From the NCBI GenBank assembly GCA_012295275.1, contig CM022668.1:3534001-3598000 (forward strand): a DNA stretch of 64,000 nt, read 5' to 3'. Below, piece after piece: positions 1 through 14,877 of the stretch. The translations under genes and the position numbers were made by a program. The DNA is from Chrysomallon squamiferum (Eukaryota; Animalia; Mollusca). The notes below the pieces were generated by a model that was not told where the DNA came from, searched no databases, and saw only the letters and a program-made list of their open reading frames with translations. The number at the start of each line of letters is the position of its first letter. Position 1 is the first letter of the stretch.

Positions 1-102
1 CGATTGTCTCACATTTCTGTAGTCGCATTTCAAATCTTTCCACTTTTCAGATGCTTCGACATGATGAGAACTTTTTTCATGATCTAATTTAACTTTGTCC
101 AT
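1..102 (-). CDS. Probable first coding segment of an unidentified gene running off the left edge (MDKVKLDHEKSSHHVEASEKWKDLKCDYRNVRQS...)
   Basis: On the minus strand, ATG at 102-100 (context AAACATGG) opens 34 codons to the window edge with non-repetitive composition. It lies in an exon with acceptor ttttcag| at 149/148. An upstream donor |GTGAGA at 227 gives a 79-nt intron. No family recognised. Confidence 0.4.
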   Translation of the reverse strand, partial: MDKVKLDHEKSSHHVEASEKWKDLKCDYRNVRQS

Positions 103-579
103 GTTTAAAATCCATCTGATCGTGAAAAAGAAGTTTTCCTTTAGTGTTCTGAAAAGCATGCAAGGAAAGCAATACACAGCACATTTCACTGGAGAAAGCA
201 GGAACCAAGTTCTTAAAAGTGTCTCACCATTAATCTATTTTCAAAGTTTTATCAACATTTTTTGTGGCCAGTATCAATGAAAACTGAACGAGCACGTGAC
301 TGTTCTGATGTAGAAGCATGATAACACAAGGCTGTCTCTGCCCCGCCCATACTGATATTAAATTAAGTTTATTATAGCAAAAAAAAAAAAATTGTTATTA
401 TCAAGAATCAAATCACTTGTACATTTTGTATGTGACTGAATTAGTAATACAGAGTTAAACTTGGTACTAATCTGATTTGTTTTGGTGTTTCTTACTGTCA
501 AAACATACATGTTTATTTGTTTGACTGATTACTTACTTAAATGTTTGGAATTTTATCTACACCTCCCAACTCAAATAAC

Positions 580-1450
580 TTTATATACAAAGCAGTGAAT
601 GCTATGCATAGCTTAATAGTTAAAAGTCGTTTGAATAATCTATCCATCGATTGTATACTTGATTTATTTGGCAAAGTAATACAACCAATTTTGTTGCATG
701 GTTGTGAAATACGGGATTTTACAAATGTATAATAATCGAAAGTCTCCAAATGACTTTTTGTAAGTATTTACTAAATATTAATAAATGTTCCCCTGCTTTT
801 ATGATCAGTGATGAACTATGATGGTATCTCCTTTGTATTTCTATAAAGGTAAGAATGGTAATCTTTTGGGGGAACGTAACTTGCTAAAACCAAAACATGA
901 TTTCCTCACAGCTGTATTATTTAATGTATGTTATTGATTTTCCTTGGAACAAATTTGAAAAATATTTTAGATGATTGTGGTGTAACATAGCTTTGGACAT
1001 ATCACAGCTTGAATAGTTATGTGAAATGATATTCAAAATATTACACGATCAGTATCAACAAATATAGAAAAATGAAACTGAAATGTCTCCAACGGGTATT
1101 AATTATAATATTTTTAAAAATTATTTGAAAGTAAAACATTATCTTACGTGTTGCCTCGTATGCTATTGTCTTATGCAAATTTAGAACTTCTAATGTTAAA
1201 CTTTCTGTTGAAACTCGACGATGATTTAATATTCTAAGAGAAAATAGAAAATGTCATAACTGTAATCTTAACAAAATTGGAGACGTATATCATTATATAT
1301 TTGAATGTAGTGATCATATGTTATTAAATGCAAGAAAAGGTATATAATAATTTGTTTAATAGTAAAAACAAAAAACCAAAACAAACAACACCATAGAATT
1401 ACCTTAACAGTCTATTAAAATGAGTTCATTAAAATAACAACAGAAATAAT
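580..1450 (+). mobile_element. Decayed 3' fragment of a non-LTR (LINE) retrotransposon ORF2 (post-RT/thumb region and C-terminal Cys/His motif)
   Basis: Broken-frame translation gives KAVNAMHSL..LSIDCILDLFGKVIQPILLHGCEI (cf. LF...V.PILLYG.E.WG), ..FCKYLLNI..., and LCKFRTSNVKLSVETRR*..RENRKCHNCNLNKIGDVYHYIFEC. These motifs are typical of invertebrate LINE ORF2 C-termini. Multiple stops and frameshifts. Confidence 0.8.
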
Positions 1451-1662
1451 AAAAATATTAATATCATTCCATTATCTAAATTCTTATTAAAACTGAAAAT
1501 AAATAACAGTAATGTCTGGTATAGTTATAAAACAGATACCAGTCTGAAGCTGTAACGGCTTGAATTTGTAACAGCTGTAGAAATGAGAAATTTCAGAATC
1601 CATCTTAATATCATTGTATACACACAACTTAGTATTCCACAGCTGTTTACACTTAATATACA

Positions 1663-1820
<158 letters not shown>

Positions 1821-2808
1821 TCTTTTGTAGTAATTTTCCCATTTTTTATTACAGACTGTAAGATTCCGTGATACGAAATGAATAATTTTATTTCTTGCTG
1901 TTGCAAAATATGGAATTCGGTTTCTTCTTCTCTCCGTTCAATAACACAGACTATTCTGTCACTAAAACTGACAAGTGGTCCAAATTTTTTTATATTTTCT
2001 TGGCAAAGATATTTTCTCTGTTTTATTAGTCATGCAGTGGCAGCATCTGAATCTCATACATTTGACAGAAGCCGAAACAGAGAAGAAAAATGAGGAATAA
2101 CCTAAGACTGTTATGATTCCTGGGAATGACTAAGCCAGACTGAGTCTTTCGGAAACTACAGGCAAAACTACGACAATTTCAACTTATTACATTTCATCGA
2201 GATCGGTTCAAAGGCCGGATATCCGTGACTATCATAACAGAAAATATCAGATTAAATTGACTGTGTTTGATGTTTGCCCAAGTGATGTCCACATACTCAG
2301 TCGATACGAGCTGATGACGTTTTCGCATCCACCAGCAGCGGAACCAATAATCATTTGGAATGTTTACCTTCTTGTCCAATTTTCGACTATAACCCTTTTC
2401 CGTACGTCTTTAATTTTCTTTATTAATCAATGAATGTCTTTTTAATTTTATATTTTTTGGTTTTGTTATTCCTAGGAAGATTTTTATGTTATCAACAACA
2501 CTGAACAACTTTACGTTTTCTTATATTAAGAACTGAGGTGTGGTTTTCTTTTTTATGGCTCCATAGTATTATTTTACTCAATCACTGTATTTAATATCAT
2601 TTATAGTTCAGTATTGATTATACTTTTATTTATTAGCAGTTTGATATTAATCTTAATTCCATACTGATCATTCACTGTATCATTTCATTACTCGATGTTT
2701 TACAATTCCGTATAGTTTATTCTTTTATATCGCACTTCTGATGAAAACACACTGGTTATCTTTTTATTCAGTCACTGTAAGCTTCTTAAATTTTGAAATG
2801 CATTTATT

Positions 2809-2839
<31 letters not shown>

Positions 2840-3089
2840 AAAACAACCCAAAAACCAAACAAAAACGACAAAACAACAATAAAAATAAAGCAAACAAAAA
2901 CAAAACAGAAAGTAATAAAAACAAAACAAAAACAAAACAGAAAGAACTATAAACAAAACAAAATGTTCCACATTTTTCTTCACTTGTTTAGCTGTAGATA
3001 GGTGCTCGACGATTTCGATTGTGTAAGTTTCCCTCAGATCTCACTACTGCACAGCAGGACTAAATCTAATCATCAGAATTAAACATAAA

Positions 3090-3118
3090 ATAAACAAACA
3101 AACAAACAAACAAATAAA

Positions 3119-3180
<62 letters not shown>

Positions 3181-3205
3181 ATAATAATAATAATAATAAT
3201 AATAA
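3090..3205. repeat. Compound microsatellite (AAAC)n-(CTA)n-(ATA)n
   Basis: Directly visible. Confidence 0.9.
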
Positions 3206-3604
3206 CACAAATATCAATACTTTGCAGTTCAGCTTTGAGAAAAAAGGAAAAGAAGAAGAAAAGTTTAAAATCTGCAGGTATTTAGGTTTGCTCTTTCGCT
3301 GGAGGGCAGAACGCAGCAACCACAATACTTGTGACTCATGTCAGATCAATAAAATATTTTTATTTAAACACTTCTCTGTAATGTGAGATTTAATTAACTG
3401 AGTTGTACATAACATATATTAGAAACTCACTCACAAACACACGTACATTCCAGTTCACAGTCATACATACTTTTATCATAAATACAGACACACACACACA
3501 CAGTCACTCACATGCACACACACGCACATATATGTATGCATGTGCAAGTAAAATAATACTTAAGAAAAATAGAAAACACATACAACACTCACACAGATAT
3601 ACAT

Positions 3605-6600
3605 GATATGATATGGCATATTTGTGTTGTGTGGTATGGTATGGTGTGGAATGGTATGGTGTAATGTGTGGTATGGTGTGGTGTGATGTGGTATGGTATG
3701 GTGTGAAGTGGTATGCCACGGTGTGAAGTGGTATGGTGTGGTATGGTATGGTGTTGTGTGGTATGGTATGGTGTTGTGTGGTATGGTATGGAGTGATGTG
3801 GTATGGTATGATGTTGTGTGGTATGGTATGGTGTGGTGTGGTATCGTGTGATGTGGTATGGTATGGTGTGATGTGGTATGGTATGGTGTGATGTGGTATG
3901 GTATGGTATGGTGTGATGTGGTATGCCACGGTGTGAAGTGGAGGGGTATGGTGTGATGTGGTATGGTGTGGTGTGGTATGGTATGGTATGATGTGGTATG
4001 GTATGGTATGGTGTTGTGTGGAATGGTATGGTGTGGTATGGCATGGTGTGATGTGGTATGGTATGATGTGATGTGGTATGGTATGGTGTGATGTGGTATG
4101 CCACGGTGTGAAGTGGTGTGATATGGTGTGATGTGGTATGGTATGGTGTTGTGTGGTATGGTATGATGTTGTGTGGTATGGTATGGTGTTGTGTGGTATG
4201 GTATGGTGTTGTGTGGTATGTGATGTGGTATGGTATGGTGTTGTGTGGTATGGTATGGTGTGGTGTGGTATCGTGTGATGTGGTATGGTATGGTGTGATG
4301 TGGTATGGTATGGTGTTGTGTGGTATGGTATGATGGTGTGGTATGGTATGGTGTTGTGTGGTATGGTATGGTGTTGTGTGGTATGGTATGGAGTGATGTG
4401 GTATGGTATGATGTTGTGTGGTATGGTATGGTATGGTGTGGTGTGGTATCGTGTGATGTGGTATGGTATGGTGTGATGTGGTATGGTATGGTGTGATGTG
4501 GTATGGTATGGTATGGTGTGATGTGGTATGCCACGGTGTGAAGTGGAGGGTATATGGTGTGATGTGGTATGGTGTGGTGTGGTATGGTATGGTATGATGT
4601 GGTATGGTATGGTATGGTGTTGTGTGGAATGGTATGGTGTGGTATGGCATGGTGTGATGTGGTATGGTATGATGTGATGTGGTATGGTATGGTGTGATGT
4701 GGTATGCCACGGTGTGAAGTGTGTGGGATGGTATGATGTGGTATGGTGTGGTGTGGTATGATATGGTATGATGTGGTGTGGTATGATATGGGTGGTGTGG
4801 TATGGTGTGGTATGGTGTTGTGTGGAATGGTATGGTGTGGTATGGTGTTGTGTGGAATGGTATGGTGTGGTATGGTGTTGTGTGGAATGGTATGGTGTGG
4901 TATGGTATGGTGTGATGTGGTTTGCCACAGTGTGGTAGTGGTGTGGTATGGTGTTGTGTGGAATGGTATGGTGTGGTATGCCACAGTGTGAAATGGTGTG
5001 GTATGGTGTGATGTGGTATGGTGTGGTGTGGTATGGTATGGTATGATGTGGTATGGTATGGTATGGTGTTGTGTGGAATGGTATGGTGTGGTATGGTGTT
5101 GTGTGGGAATGGTATGGTGTGGTATGCCACAGTGTGAAATGGTATGGTGTTGTGTGGTATGGTATGGTGTGGTATGGTATGGTGTTGTGTGGTATGGTAT
5201 GGTGTTGTGTGGTCTGGTATGGTGCGATGTGGTATGCCACAGTGTGTGAAGTGGTGTGGTATGGTGTGATGTAGTATGGTATGGTGTGGTATGGTATGGT
5301 GTAATGTGGTATGGTATGGTGTGATGTGGTATGCCACAGTGTGAAATGGTGTGGTATGGTGTGATGTGGTATGGTATGGTGTTGTGTGGTATGGTATGGT
5401 GTGGTATGGTATGGTGTGATGTGGAATGGTATGGTGTTGTGTGGTATGGTATGTGTGTGGTATGGTATGGTCTTGTGTGGTATACCACAGTGTGAAATGG
5501 TATGGTATGGTATGGTGTGGTATGGTATGGTGTTGTGTTGTATGGTATGGTGTGAAGTGGTATGGTGTGATGTGGTATGGTGTGGTGTGGTATGGTATGG
5601 TGTGATGTGTGGTGTGGTATGGTGTTGTGTGGTATGGTATAAAGTGGTATGGTATGGTGTGGTATGGTATGGTCTTGTGTGGTATGCCATGGTATGGTAC
5701 AGTGTGATATGGTGATGTGTGGTGTGGTATGGTGTTGTGTGGTATGCCACGGTATAAGTGGTATGGTATGGTGTGGTATGGTATGGTGTTGTGTGGTATG
5801 CCATGGTATGGTACGGTGTGATATGGTGATATGTGGTATGGTATGGTGTTGTGTGGTATGCCACAGTGTAAGTGGTATGGTGTGGTATGGTGATATGTGG
5901 TGTGGTATGGTGTTGTGTGGTATGCCACGGTGTGGTGTGGTATGGTGTTTGTGTGGTATGGTGTGGTGTGGTATGGTATGGTGTTTGTGTGATATGGTGA
6001 TGGTATGGTGTTGTGTGGTATGCCACGGTGTAAGTGGTATGGTGTGCTATGGTATGGTGTTGTGTGGTATGCCACAGTGTGATGTGGTATGGTATGGTGT
6101 TGTGTGGTATGCCATGGTGTGATATGGTATGGTGATGTGTGGTATGGTATGATGTTGTGTGGTATGGTGTGGTATGGTGATATGTGGTATGCCATGGTAT
6201 GGTACAGTGTGATATGGTGATGTGTGGTGTGGTATGGTGTTGTGTGGTATGCCACGGTGTAAGTGGTATGGTGTGGTATGGTGTTGTGTGGTATGCCACG
6301 GTGTGGTGTGGTATGGTGTTGTGTGGTATGGTGTTGTGTGGTATGGTGTGGTGTGGTATGCCATGGTGTGATGTGTGGTGTGGTATGGTGTTGTGTGGTA
6401 TGCCACGGTGTAAAGTGGTATGGTGTGGTATGGTGATATGTGGTGTGGTATGGTGTTGTGTGGTATGCCACGGTGTGGTGTGGTATGGTGTTGTGTGGTA
6501 TGGTGTGATGTGGTATGGTGTGGTGTGGTATATGGTGTGATGTGTGGTGTGGTATGGTGTTGTGTGGTATGCCACGGTATAAGTGGTATGGTATGGTGTG

Positions 6601-8910
6601 GTATGGTATGGTCTTGTGTGGTATGCCATGGTATGGTACGGTGTGATATGGTGATGTGTGGTGTGGTATGGTGTTGTGTGGTATGCCACGGTATAAGTGG
6701 TATGGTATGGTGTGGTATGGTATGGTGTTGTGTGGTATGCCATGGTATGGTACAGTGTGATATGGTGATATGTGGTATGGTATGGTGTTGTGTGGTATGC
6801 CACGGTGTAAGTGGTATGGTGTGGTATGGTGATATGTGGTGTGGTATGGTGTTGTGTGGTATGCCACGGTGTGGTGTGGTATGGTGTTGTGTGGTATGGT
6901 GTGGTGTGGTATGGTATGGTGTTGTGTGATATGGTGATGTGTGGTGTTGTGTGGTATGCCACGGTGTAAGTGGTATGGTGTGCTATGGTATGGTGTTGTG
7001 TGGTATGCCACAGTGTGTGTGGTATGGTATGGTGTTGTGTGGTATGCCATGGTGTGATATGGTATGGTGATGTGTGGTATGGTATGATGTTGTGTGGTAT
7101 GGTGTGGTATGGTGATATGTGGTATGCCATGGTATGGTACAGTGTGATATGGTGATGTGTGGTGTGGTATGGTGTTGTGTGGTATGCCACGGTGTAAGTG
7201 GTATGGTGTGGTATGGTGTTGTGTGGTATGCCATGGTGTGGTGTGGTATGGTGTTGTGTGGTATGGTGTTGTGTGGTATGGTGTGGTGTGGTATGCCATG
7301 GTGTGATGTGTGGTGTGGTATGGTGTTGTGTGGTATGCCACGGTGTAAGTGGTATGGTGTGGTATGGTGATGTGTGGTGTGGTATGGTGTTGTGTGGTAT
7401 GCCACGGTGTGGTAATGGTATGGTGTTGTGTGGTATGGTGTGATGTGGTATGGTGTGGTGTGGTATGGTGTTGTGTGGTATGCCATGTGTAGTGGTATGG
7501 TGTGTGGTATGGTATGGTGTTGTGTGGTATGCCACAGTGTGATGTGGTGTGGTATGGTGTTGTGTGGTATGCCATGGTGTGATATGGTATGGTGATGTGT
7601 GGTATGGTATGATGTTGTGTGGTATGGTGATGGTGTGGTATGGTATGATGTGTGGTATGGTATGGTATGGTGATGTGTGGTATGGTATGATGTGTGGTAT
7701 GGTATGGTATGGTGATGTGTGGTATGGTATGATGTTGTGTGGTATGGTATGGTATGGTGTTGTGTGGTATGGTATGATGTTGTGTGGTATGCTATGGTGT
7801 TGTGTGGTATGCCATGGTGTGATATGGTATGGTGATGTGTGGTATGGTATGATGTTGTGTCGTATGGTGTGGTATGGTGATGTGTGGTATGGTATGATGT
7901 TGTGTGGTATGGTATGATGTTGTGTGGTATGCCATGGTGTGATATGGTATGGTATGATGTTGTGTGGTATGCTATGGTGTTGTGTGGTATGCCATGGTGT
8001 GATATGGTATGGTGATGTGTGGTATGGTGTGTGTATGGTGATGTGTGGTGTGGTATGGTGTTGTGTGGTATGCCACAGTGTAAGTGGTATGGTGTGGTAT
8101 GGTGATGTGTGGTATGGTGTGGTATGGTGTTGTGTGGTATGGTATGATGTTGTGTGGTATGGTGTGGTATGGTGATGTGTGGTGTGGTATGGTGTTGTGT
8201 GGTATGGTATGGTATGGTGTGGTATGGTGATGTGTGGTGTGGTATGGTATTGTGTGGTATGCCACGGTGTAAGTGGTATGGTATGGTGTGGTATGGTGTT
8301 GTGTGGTGTGCCATGGTGTTGTGTGGTATGCCACGGTGTAAGTGGTATGGTGTTGAGTGGTATGCCATGGTGTGATGTGGTATGGTATGGTGTTGTGTGG
8401 TATGTCATGGTGTGATGTGGTATGGTATGGTGATATGTGGTATGGTATGGTGTAAGTGGTATGGTATGGTGTGATAAGGTATGGTGTTGTATGGTATTCC
8501 ATGATGTGAAGTGTTATGGTATAGTGTGGGATGCCATGGTGTGATGTGGTATGGTATGGTGATATGTGGTATGGTATGGTGTGTTTTGTGGTATGCCATG
8601 GTGATGTGTGGTATGCCACGGTGTAAGTGGTATGGTATGGTATGGTGTTCTGTGGTATGCCATAGTGTTGTGTGGTATGCCACGGTGTGAAGTGGTGTGG
8701 TATGGTGTTGTGTGGTATGGTATGGTATGGTGTTGTGTGGTATGGGATAGTGTTGTGTGGTATGCCACGGTGTAAGTGGTATGGGATAGCATACTGAGGG
8801 AAGGTGAATGATGTGTGATGTGGTGTAGTGTGATTGGTGTGGCATGGTGTGGTATGATTAGAACTGATAGAATATATGGTATGATTAGACCTGATAGAAT
8901 GTATGGTATG
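3605..8910. repeat. ~5.3-kb pentanucleotide-based satellite (GGTAT/GGTGT/GATGT) with recurrent GTGGTATGCCAC/GTGGTATGCCAT cassettes and higher-order blocks
   Basis: Directly visible. It accounts for the His/Thr/Pro/Tyr and Val/Trp/Gly/Cys ORFs in several frames. Confidence 0.97.
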
Positions 8911-9114
8911 GTAGGCAGGAAAATATGTTGTCGAGTTCTAATGACAGACACAAAGGGGAGAAAAAATATTAAAATTATTCCAAATAATTACTAACTGTAT
9001 CTTTAATACATCTACGTGACAGACAGCAATCGAACACTTTAACCACCAAACACTTGAGAAAAAAAAAAAAATGAAAAAAAAAAAAAAAAAAAATAAAATG
9101 AAAAAATAAAATGG

Positions 9115-9590
9115 CGCTGAAATGAATCAGTGATTTTATTAAATCCCTTTTGGCTCACTTTAAAAATGAGTTATAATTCGAGATAACAGTGGCGCAGTGA
9201 AATTAAACTGAACAGTGAAGCTGAACTCTTGCTAAAAATTGCTAAATCATTAAATTTCGTTTGGTCATCTGTAAATTTAATATGCCATGTGACAACGTCG
9301 TCAACACTGTGGTAGCGGACACATCGGCGTTGTTGCACTCGTTGTGGCTGATGTTGTTCGTATAAACACGGTAACTAAACACAGTCGTTGCTACCTGTTG
9401 TGTTGACAGTGTCGACAGTTCGAAGACGACCAAATCCATAAACAAACACATCAGCTCGCCGATCTATACGTACAAAGCAGCTTTTGTTGAGTACGCAAAC
9501 ACGACGATGTAACACTGCATTTGTAGAGGCTGTGGACGTTGTATCATCGCCATCGTTGACATTTATCACGGGGTTTTGCATCAACATCGG
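9115..9590 (-). other. Candidate non-coding or UTR exon (CpG-rich island)
   Basis: Minus-strand acceptor catgttttag| at 9591/9590. CpG content is clearly above the flanks. AATAAA on the minus strand at about 9135-9140. No convincing long ORF. Confidence 0.25.
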
Positions 9591-10258
9591 CTAAAACATG
9601 GGAATTAAAAATAGCTCCAGCAGTTCTTTTAACAATGAACTCCGACACGAACAAGTAAAGTTTTCTTTATTCTTTATTTTTTTGTTTTTATTTTATTTTT
9701 ATATACACCTCCTGAGATACCATGTAAGCCATTGCAAAAAAAAGTTCAAATCTGCAACATCTGAAATATTTTTAGTTTCATAATTTGATTAACTGAAATC
9801 AAATGAAAACAACAAACAAAAGAGTACAACTAAATAACAACAGTAATAACAAAAAACAATCAAATAAATAGAGAATAAAAATTAAAGAAAACTAGAAAAA
9901 CAACACTAAATTAAAATATTAAGTCCCCCTTGCCCACAAAAGAACCCCTCCAACAAAAGAAAAGCAAAAACACTTCCATATACGTGCAAACTTTCAAAAA
10001 CAGTAAAACGTATTTTTAATCTCATTATCAGTTTTAGTAGATAAATAACCTATTTTCTTAATCACTAATTAAATAGTTGGTAATATAAATAAAATTTTGT
10101 ATAAAAGGGAAATAAAGTGAAGACACGTTTGAGTGAATGTTTTATAAACAGGATGTGTTAATTATAAACTCACCTGAAGTCAGTTTATCTGACAGGTGTT
10201 CATCTTCGATACAGAGTAATCATCTCGTTCTGTTACTTCCTTTATCATTTTTGCTTAC

Positions 10259-10259
<1 letters not shown>

Positions 10260-10345
<86 letters not shown>

Positions 10346-10420
10346 CAGTATTGTAACAGTAGTAAGAGTGGCAGTATTGGTGGTAGTAGTAACAGTAGTA
10401 GTAGTAATAGTGATAGTATA
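10260..10420. repeat. (ATT)n-(AGT)n microsatellite
   Basis: Directly visible. Confidence 0.9.
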
Positions 10421-11583
10421 TAGTTGTTGGAAATATTTCCCTATTTAATGAAACTAATTATTTTATCATAACAATTTTGTCAATGTCATTTTACTTGATA
10501 ACTTTAATAATCATTATATCACACCTTGTTAAAAGGTCATTTTACCAAACAGTTTAAAAAATATTCTTTTTAAAGGTTATTTTATTAGACAAATATTTGA
10601 TTTGTCACCTGTGTTCCTGTGTAAAATAATTTAAACATTCCTAATTAAAAGGTCAGCTATAATTATGTATATATTTTTAAAAAGCCTGTATTATTAAAAA
10701 GCTACTTTACCAGAAGCTTAAAAAGATTCATTTCATATAAAAGGTGACGGATTTTTACCAGACATTAAATGCATACATGATTTCACCATCATTATTACTT
10801 AACATCTTTATTAGTAAAATCTCTTTATCGTGTCATTTCAAAAGAGAATTTCCCCACAAACACCCCACTGTTTGCACCTCGCAGCTGGCTGAAAAAGAGC
10901 TGGTACTGTTTACCAGTGTCTGACTGTATCACAGCGACATTTACGATTAAAATGATTCTCACTGGTATTGGAAAGTAGATCATCTCTTGAAATTTTGATT
11001 TATTACCAGGAGAGACGTCATTTACTGTCTAGTGTGAATCACATTAATTCTTTTCTTGAAATGCTTACATGACTCAGAAAATATTGCTTACAAAATTATG
11101 ACTAAAAAAAAATTTTATTTTATAATATACATACAAAAAATAAAAATAAATATATAAACAAATAATAAGCCTTTAAATTTACAATAAAAAAGAATGAAAA
11201 AATGCAAAGTTTATGAATTCTAAAAGGAATTTGTTACAGAAGGGATAAAGACAAGAAATCTTTCTGGTATAATATGTATTTACAAAAAAACGGAGAAAAA
11301 TAAAAACAGTAAGAAAAAATGGAAATATTTAAAAATAAATCTTTGAAGTCACCTCACAGTGATTTTTTATTCTTTTTCAAATTCTCTTTTATGTTTTTGT
11401 TGATATTAATACCTTTGTGAAAACAGTTTTATGAAAGTATTACACCTGTTTGGACTTAGTAAATCAGACAGATTTTTGTTGTTGTTGTTGTTTGTGCTGT
11501 ATGGCAGTGTGTATGTCTGTAAATGTATGCATCTCTGTGTGTGTGTGTGTTCGTGCGTGTGTGTTCCTTTCACTAACCGTAAC

Positions 11584-11585
<2 letters not shown>

Positions 11586-11662
<77 letters not shown>
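11586..11662. repeat. (CT)n microsatellite
   Basis: Directly visible. Confidence 0.95.
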
Positions 11663-11665
<3 letters not shown>

Positions 11666-14600
11666 TTAAATTTTATAAATCAGTAAAAAAATGTTTTCTT
11701 TTTTCCAGCCTTCTCAATTTTAACACGTTTGATAACCGGGAAAACTGTTATTATATATTTTTTCAATGATAATAATTAACAGAACCTGCACGGGATTACA
11801 ATACTGAAATACAAAGTTGAGTGTAGTTTCATGTTTGAACGAGTTTGATAGGACATTTTGAAATCAGTGTAAAACGCAACCAGTCTAATATACTTAATCC
11901 TCTGTGGAAGAAACCTGAGAAGGGGAATTAATCAAAATGGATGACAGTTAACGACCGGCTATTTTACACTGACAAACCTCTCTTCATAACTTAACACGAG
12001 GTGAAATAAAGTCTGTATTTTCATATTGCATAGATATCGTAATTTTATTTTATTTTATATCATTTATTTCATTATTTTAACAGAATATTAATTCTTAAAG
12101 ATTATTTTAGACATAAAAAGTACAGATGGACAAACAGTGTGATAGAACAGTGGTATCAAAGCACTGAGTAAACGTATTCAATATCTGGAACTAAACTATG
12201 TTTATAACAGTTAATAATGTATCTGGCTAACATGATCTCTACAAGGTGATTTATTTATATAACTTGCTATCTACAGATAATTTATCTACCTAACTTTATA
12301 TCTAATGAATGATGTATCTATTTTATTTGATATCCACTGAATGATTTGTAAATAAAACAAATATTTCAAAATATATTTATTTCAGACTTTCATATTTTCA
12401 GCTAAAATTAGTCCGCTGAAGTTTTTGTGTTGATGCTTTCAGTTTCCTCTTTCGTCAGTATTTAAATTTGAGATTAAAGACATCTGAAGATCTATGATTC
12501 TTCAGAGTAATCAGGAAGCAACATTTCCTCTCAGCTATCACAACAGACTGTATTTAAAATGGAAAAATCTTTCATGATTATCATATTTGCTTGTCAGTGT
12601 CCAGGTCATTAAGTCTGACTTAGCCATATTTTCACCTTATTATAATAACAGATTTTATTTTTAATCTTTGTTCAGACACAAATTTGTTGAAGGTGCAGAT
12701 TACAGGGGTGGCCGCTGTTCATAATTATAAAATTTGTGTAATGTTGTTCTGTTTATACCGCAAACTTATAATATTTACATAATTGGTGCTGGAACTTTTC
12801 TAAAGGGTTGTTATGTAGGGGGAGGTGAGGATTGCAGCCCTTCCTGTAGAAATGTGTGTCTCAACAATTAGTTTCTTAAAGAATACAACATCGTGATTCA
12901 GTCACACAGTGACTATGAGGAGTTCCGCGAGTGTGGGAACGTTTCCATGCAGGTTCTGTCTTACTGGATTAGCTTGGACTGTAAACACTCGTCTCGTTTC
13001 CGCGCTCTCTGTCCACACCTGTGTGTTTTGGCTCCTGTCTCCTTTCATTGGTTCACTTGCGCAGTGATAATGTAGACTTTAGATTTTCTTACTTCCTCTT
13101 CCTTCTCTAGACAAAGTTTTACTAATCCCAGAAACAAACACATCAGTGTTAAAATGTTGTTATTTCTCTACACACTAGTCAATCATTTATCTGTCCACAT
13201 ATTTTCAGTACTTTACAAAACGAAAGAAAAGAAACAAGAAAACGGAAAAATACATAAAAGTTTATTGATTATCAGATCACTGTATTGAATTTTTCACTTC
13301 TTGAGTTGAAATAGCCATAATGTTGGAAACTTTTTTTTGCTACTTTGTAAACCAGTAACTACTACTGCTACTGCTACTATTTCAGCTACCACTATGACTT
13401 ACTATTACAACTGTTGCTTCTACTATTTACAACACTATGACAAAAACAACAACATTGTTGATATAATTACTACTACTACTATTACAACTACTACTGTTGC
13501 TGCTACTATTTCCGATACTGCTAGAGCTGTTGTTGTTATTGGTATTCACTACTATTAAACAGAAGTTTTTAAAAGCCAATACAAAATTTAACTCTGAGCT
13601 TAGATGTAGTACTGAAGATTTTACATTATCAGACTTTACATTTTACACTGATTTCAAAATGTCCTATCAAACTCGTTCAAACATAAAACTACACTCAACT
13701 TTGTATTTCAGTATTGTAATCCCGTGCAGGTTCTGTTAATTATTATCATTGTGACTTTAATCAGCTAAAACAAAATGTAACTTTAATGTGACTTCAGTCA
13801 GCTAACACAAGATCTAAAGAGATCTGTAATGTGTATTTGAGAGACTGCGATCTGAAAACAGGATAAAATAAACACATGTAAAACACATACAGATACATTA
13901 TTAAACACACACACACACACACACACACAGTGAACGAACATATAAAAACTCTGAACACACATGCATATATACAAAACAAGACAGAAACAGATCATTCTGT
14001 ATATAAACATGTACTAAATATCCAGTTTACGCTATGTATAATATGTATGTCTATCTGCTCAGTTTTTGTTTAAATGTCCAGTCTGTAATGTCTGGGTGAC
14101 CATTTACAAATGCTTACAACATTTATCTACTTGGGAACACACATAATGGGCGTGGTGCAAATTTATATATAAACCATTTGTAAACACTGTATGGTAAAGA
14201 GAATGCAGGCTACTCTCACTCTGTACAGAAAGAAGAAAACATGTCATGATAAATACACAATCTATGATATGGACACACATCACCAATTTGTTTGAGTATT
14301 AACTGAAGATAAGGATATAAACATGTACAGAATAGGATGAATATGTATTTAATTTTTATATAAAATATAAATAAATAACTATAACATAAAATAAACAAAT
14401 AATTAAAGAAAATATATACATAAAAATAAGTACGTAGTCATTTTCATTAGTAACTAAATGAACTTGTATATATTTGTTTTCCTTTATGATGTATGAATGT
14501 TTAAAACGTTGACCTGTGAAACATGCTTTTATTATTTCAAGTTCAAATTTTGACCAAGGCCACACATTAATAGTTGACATTTCGTCCACAAATGTGAAAA

Positions 14601-14877
14601 ATCCCTAAAGTAAAAACAAAAAGACCAAAAAACACCTCACAGAGGTGAATGATGATCAAACTAGATTTGATGTGAATTAACTTTTTCTTATAATATTGGC
14701 TTTTGAACATTTTTTTGCTAAAGTATGTCTACAAATACATTTTTCAAAAGGAAATATGATTAAGAAACCTATTGAAAACATTTTGAAAGAGCAAAATGTT
14801 TAAACTGGGATATTGTGAATTTTTTAAATTATTACACACAGATATGAGAGGGTGACTTAAACAAATTACTGCAGTTT

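Noticed and set aside
2170-2415. Non-repetitive 61-aa minus ORF and a ~70-codon open + frame in a CpG-richer patch
   Set aside because: No recognisable domain and no consistent pair of splice sites, so it cannot be supported as coding.
4925-8080. CACAGTG (RAG/Transib RSS heptamer) recurring in the satellite
   Set aside because: It is one variant of the CCAC(G/A)GTG cassette, with no nonamer at 12/23 spacing and no transposase nearby.
3504-8408. 1634-aa, 1328-aa and other His/Thr/Pro/Tyr-rich ORFs (histidine-rich or biomineralisation protein?)
   Set aside because: They translate a pentanucleotide satellite. All three minus frames are open with the same peptide words, unit lengths are not codon-phased, and there is no unique N- or C-terminal domain.
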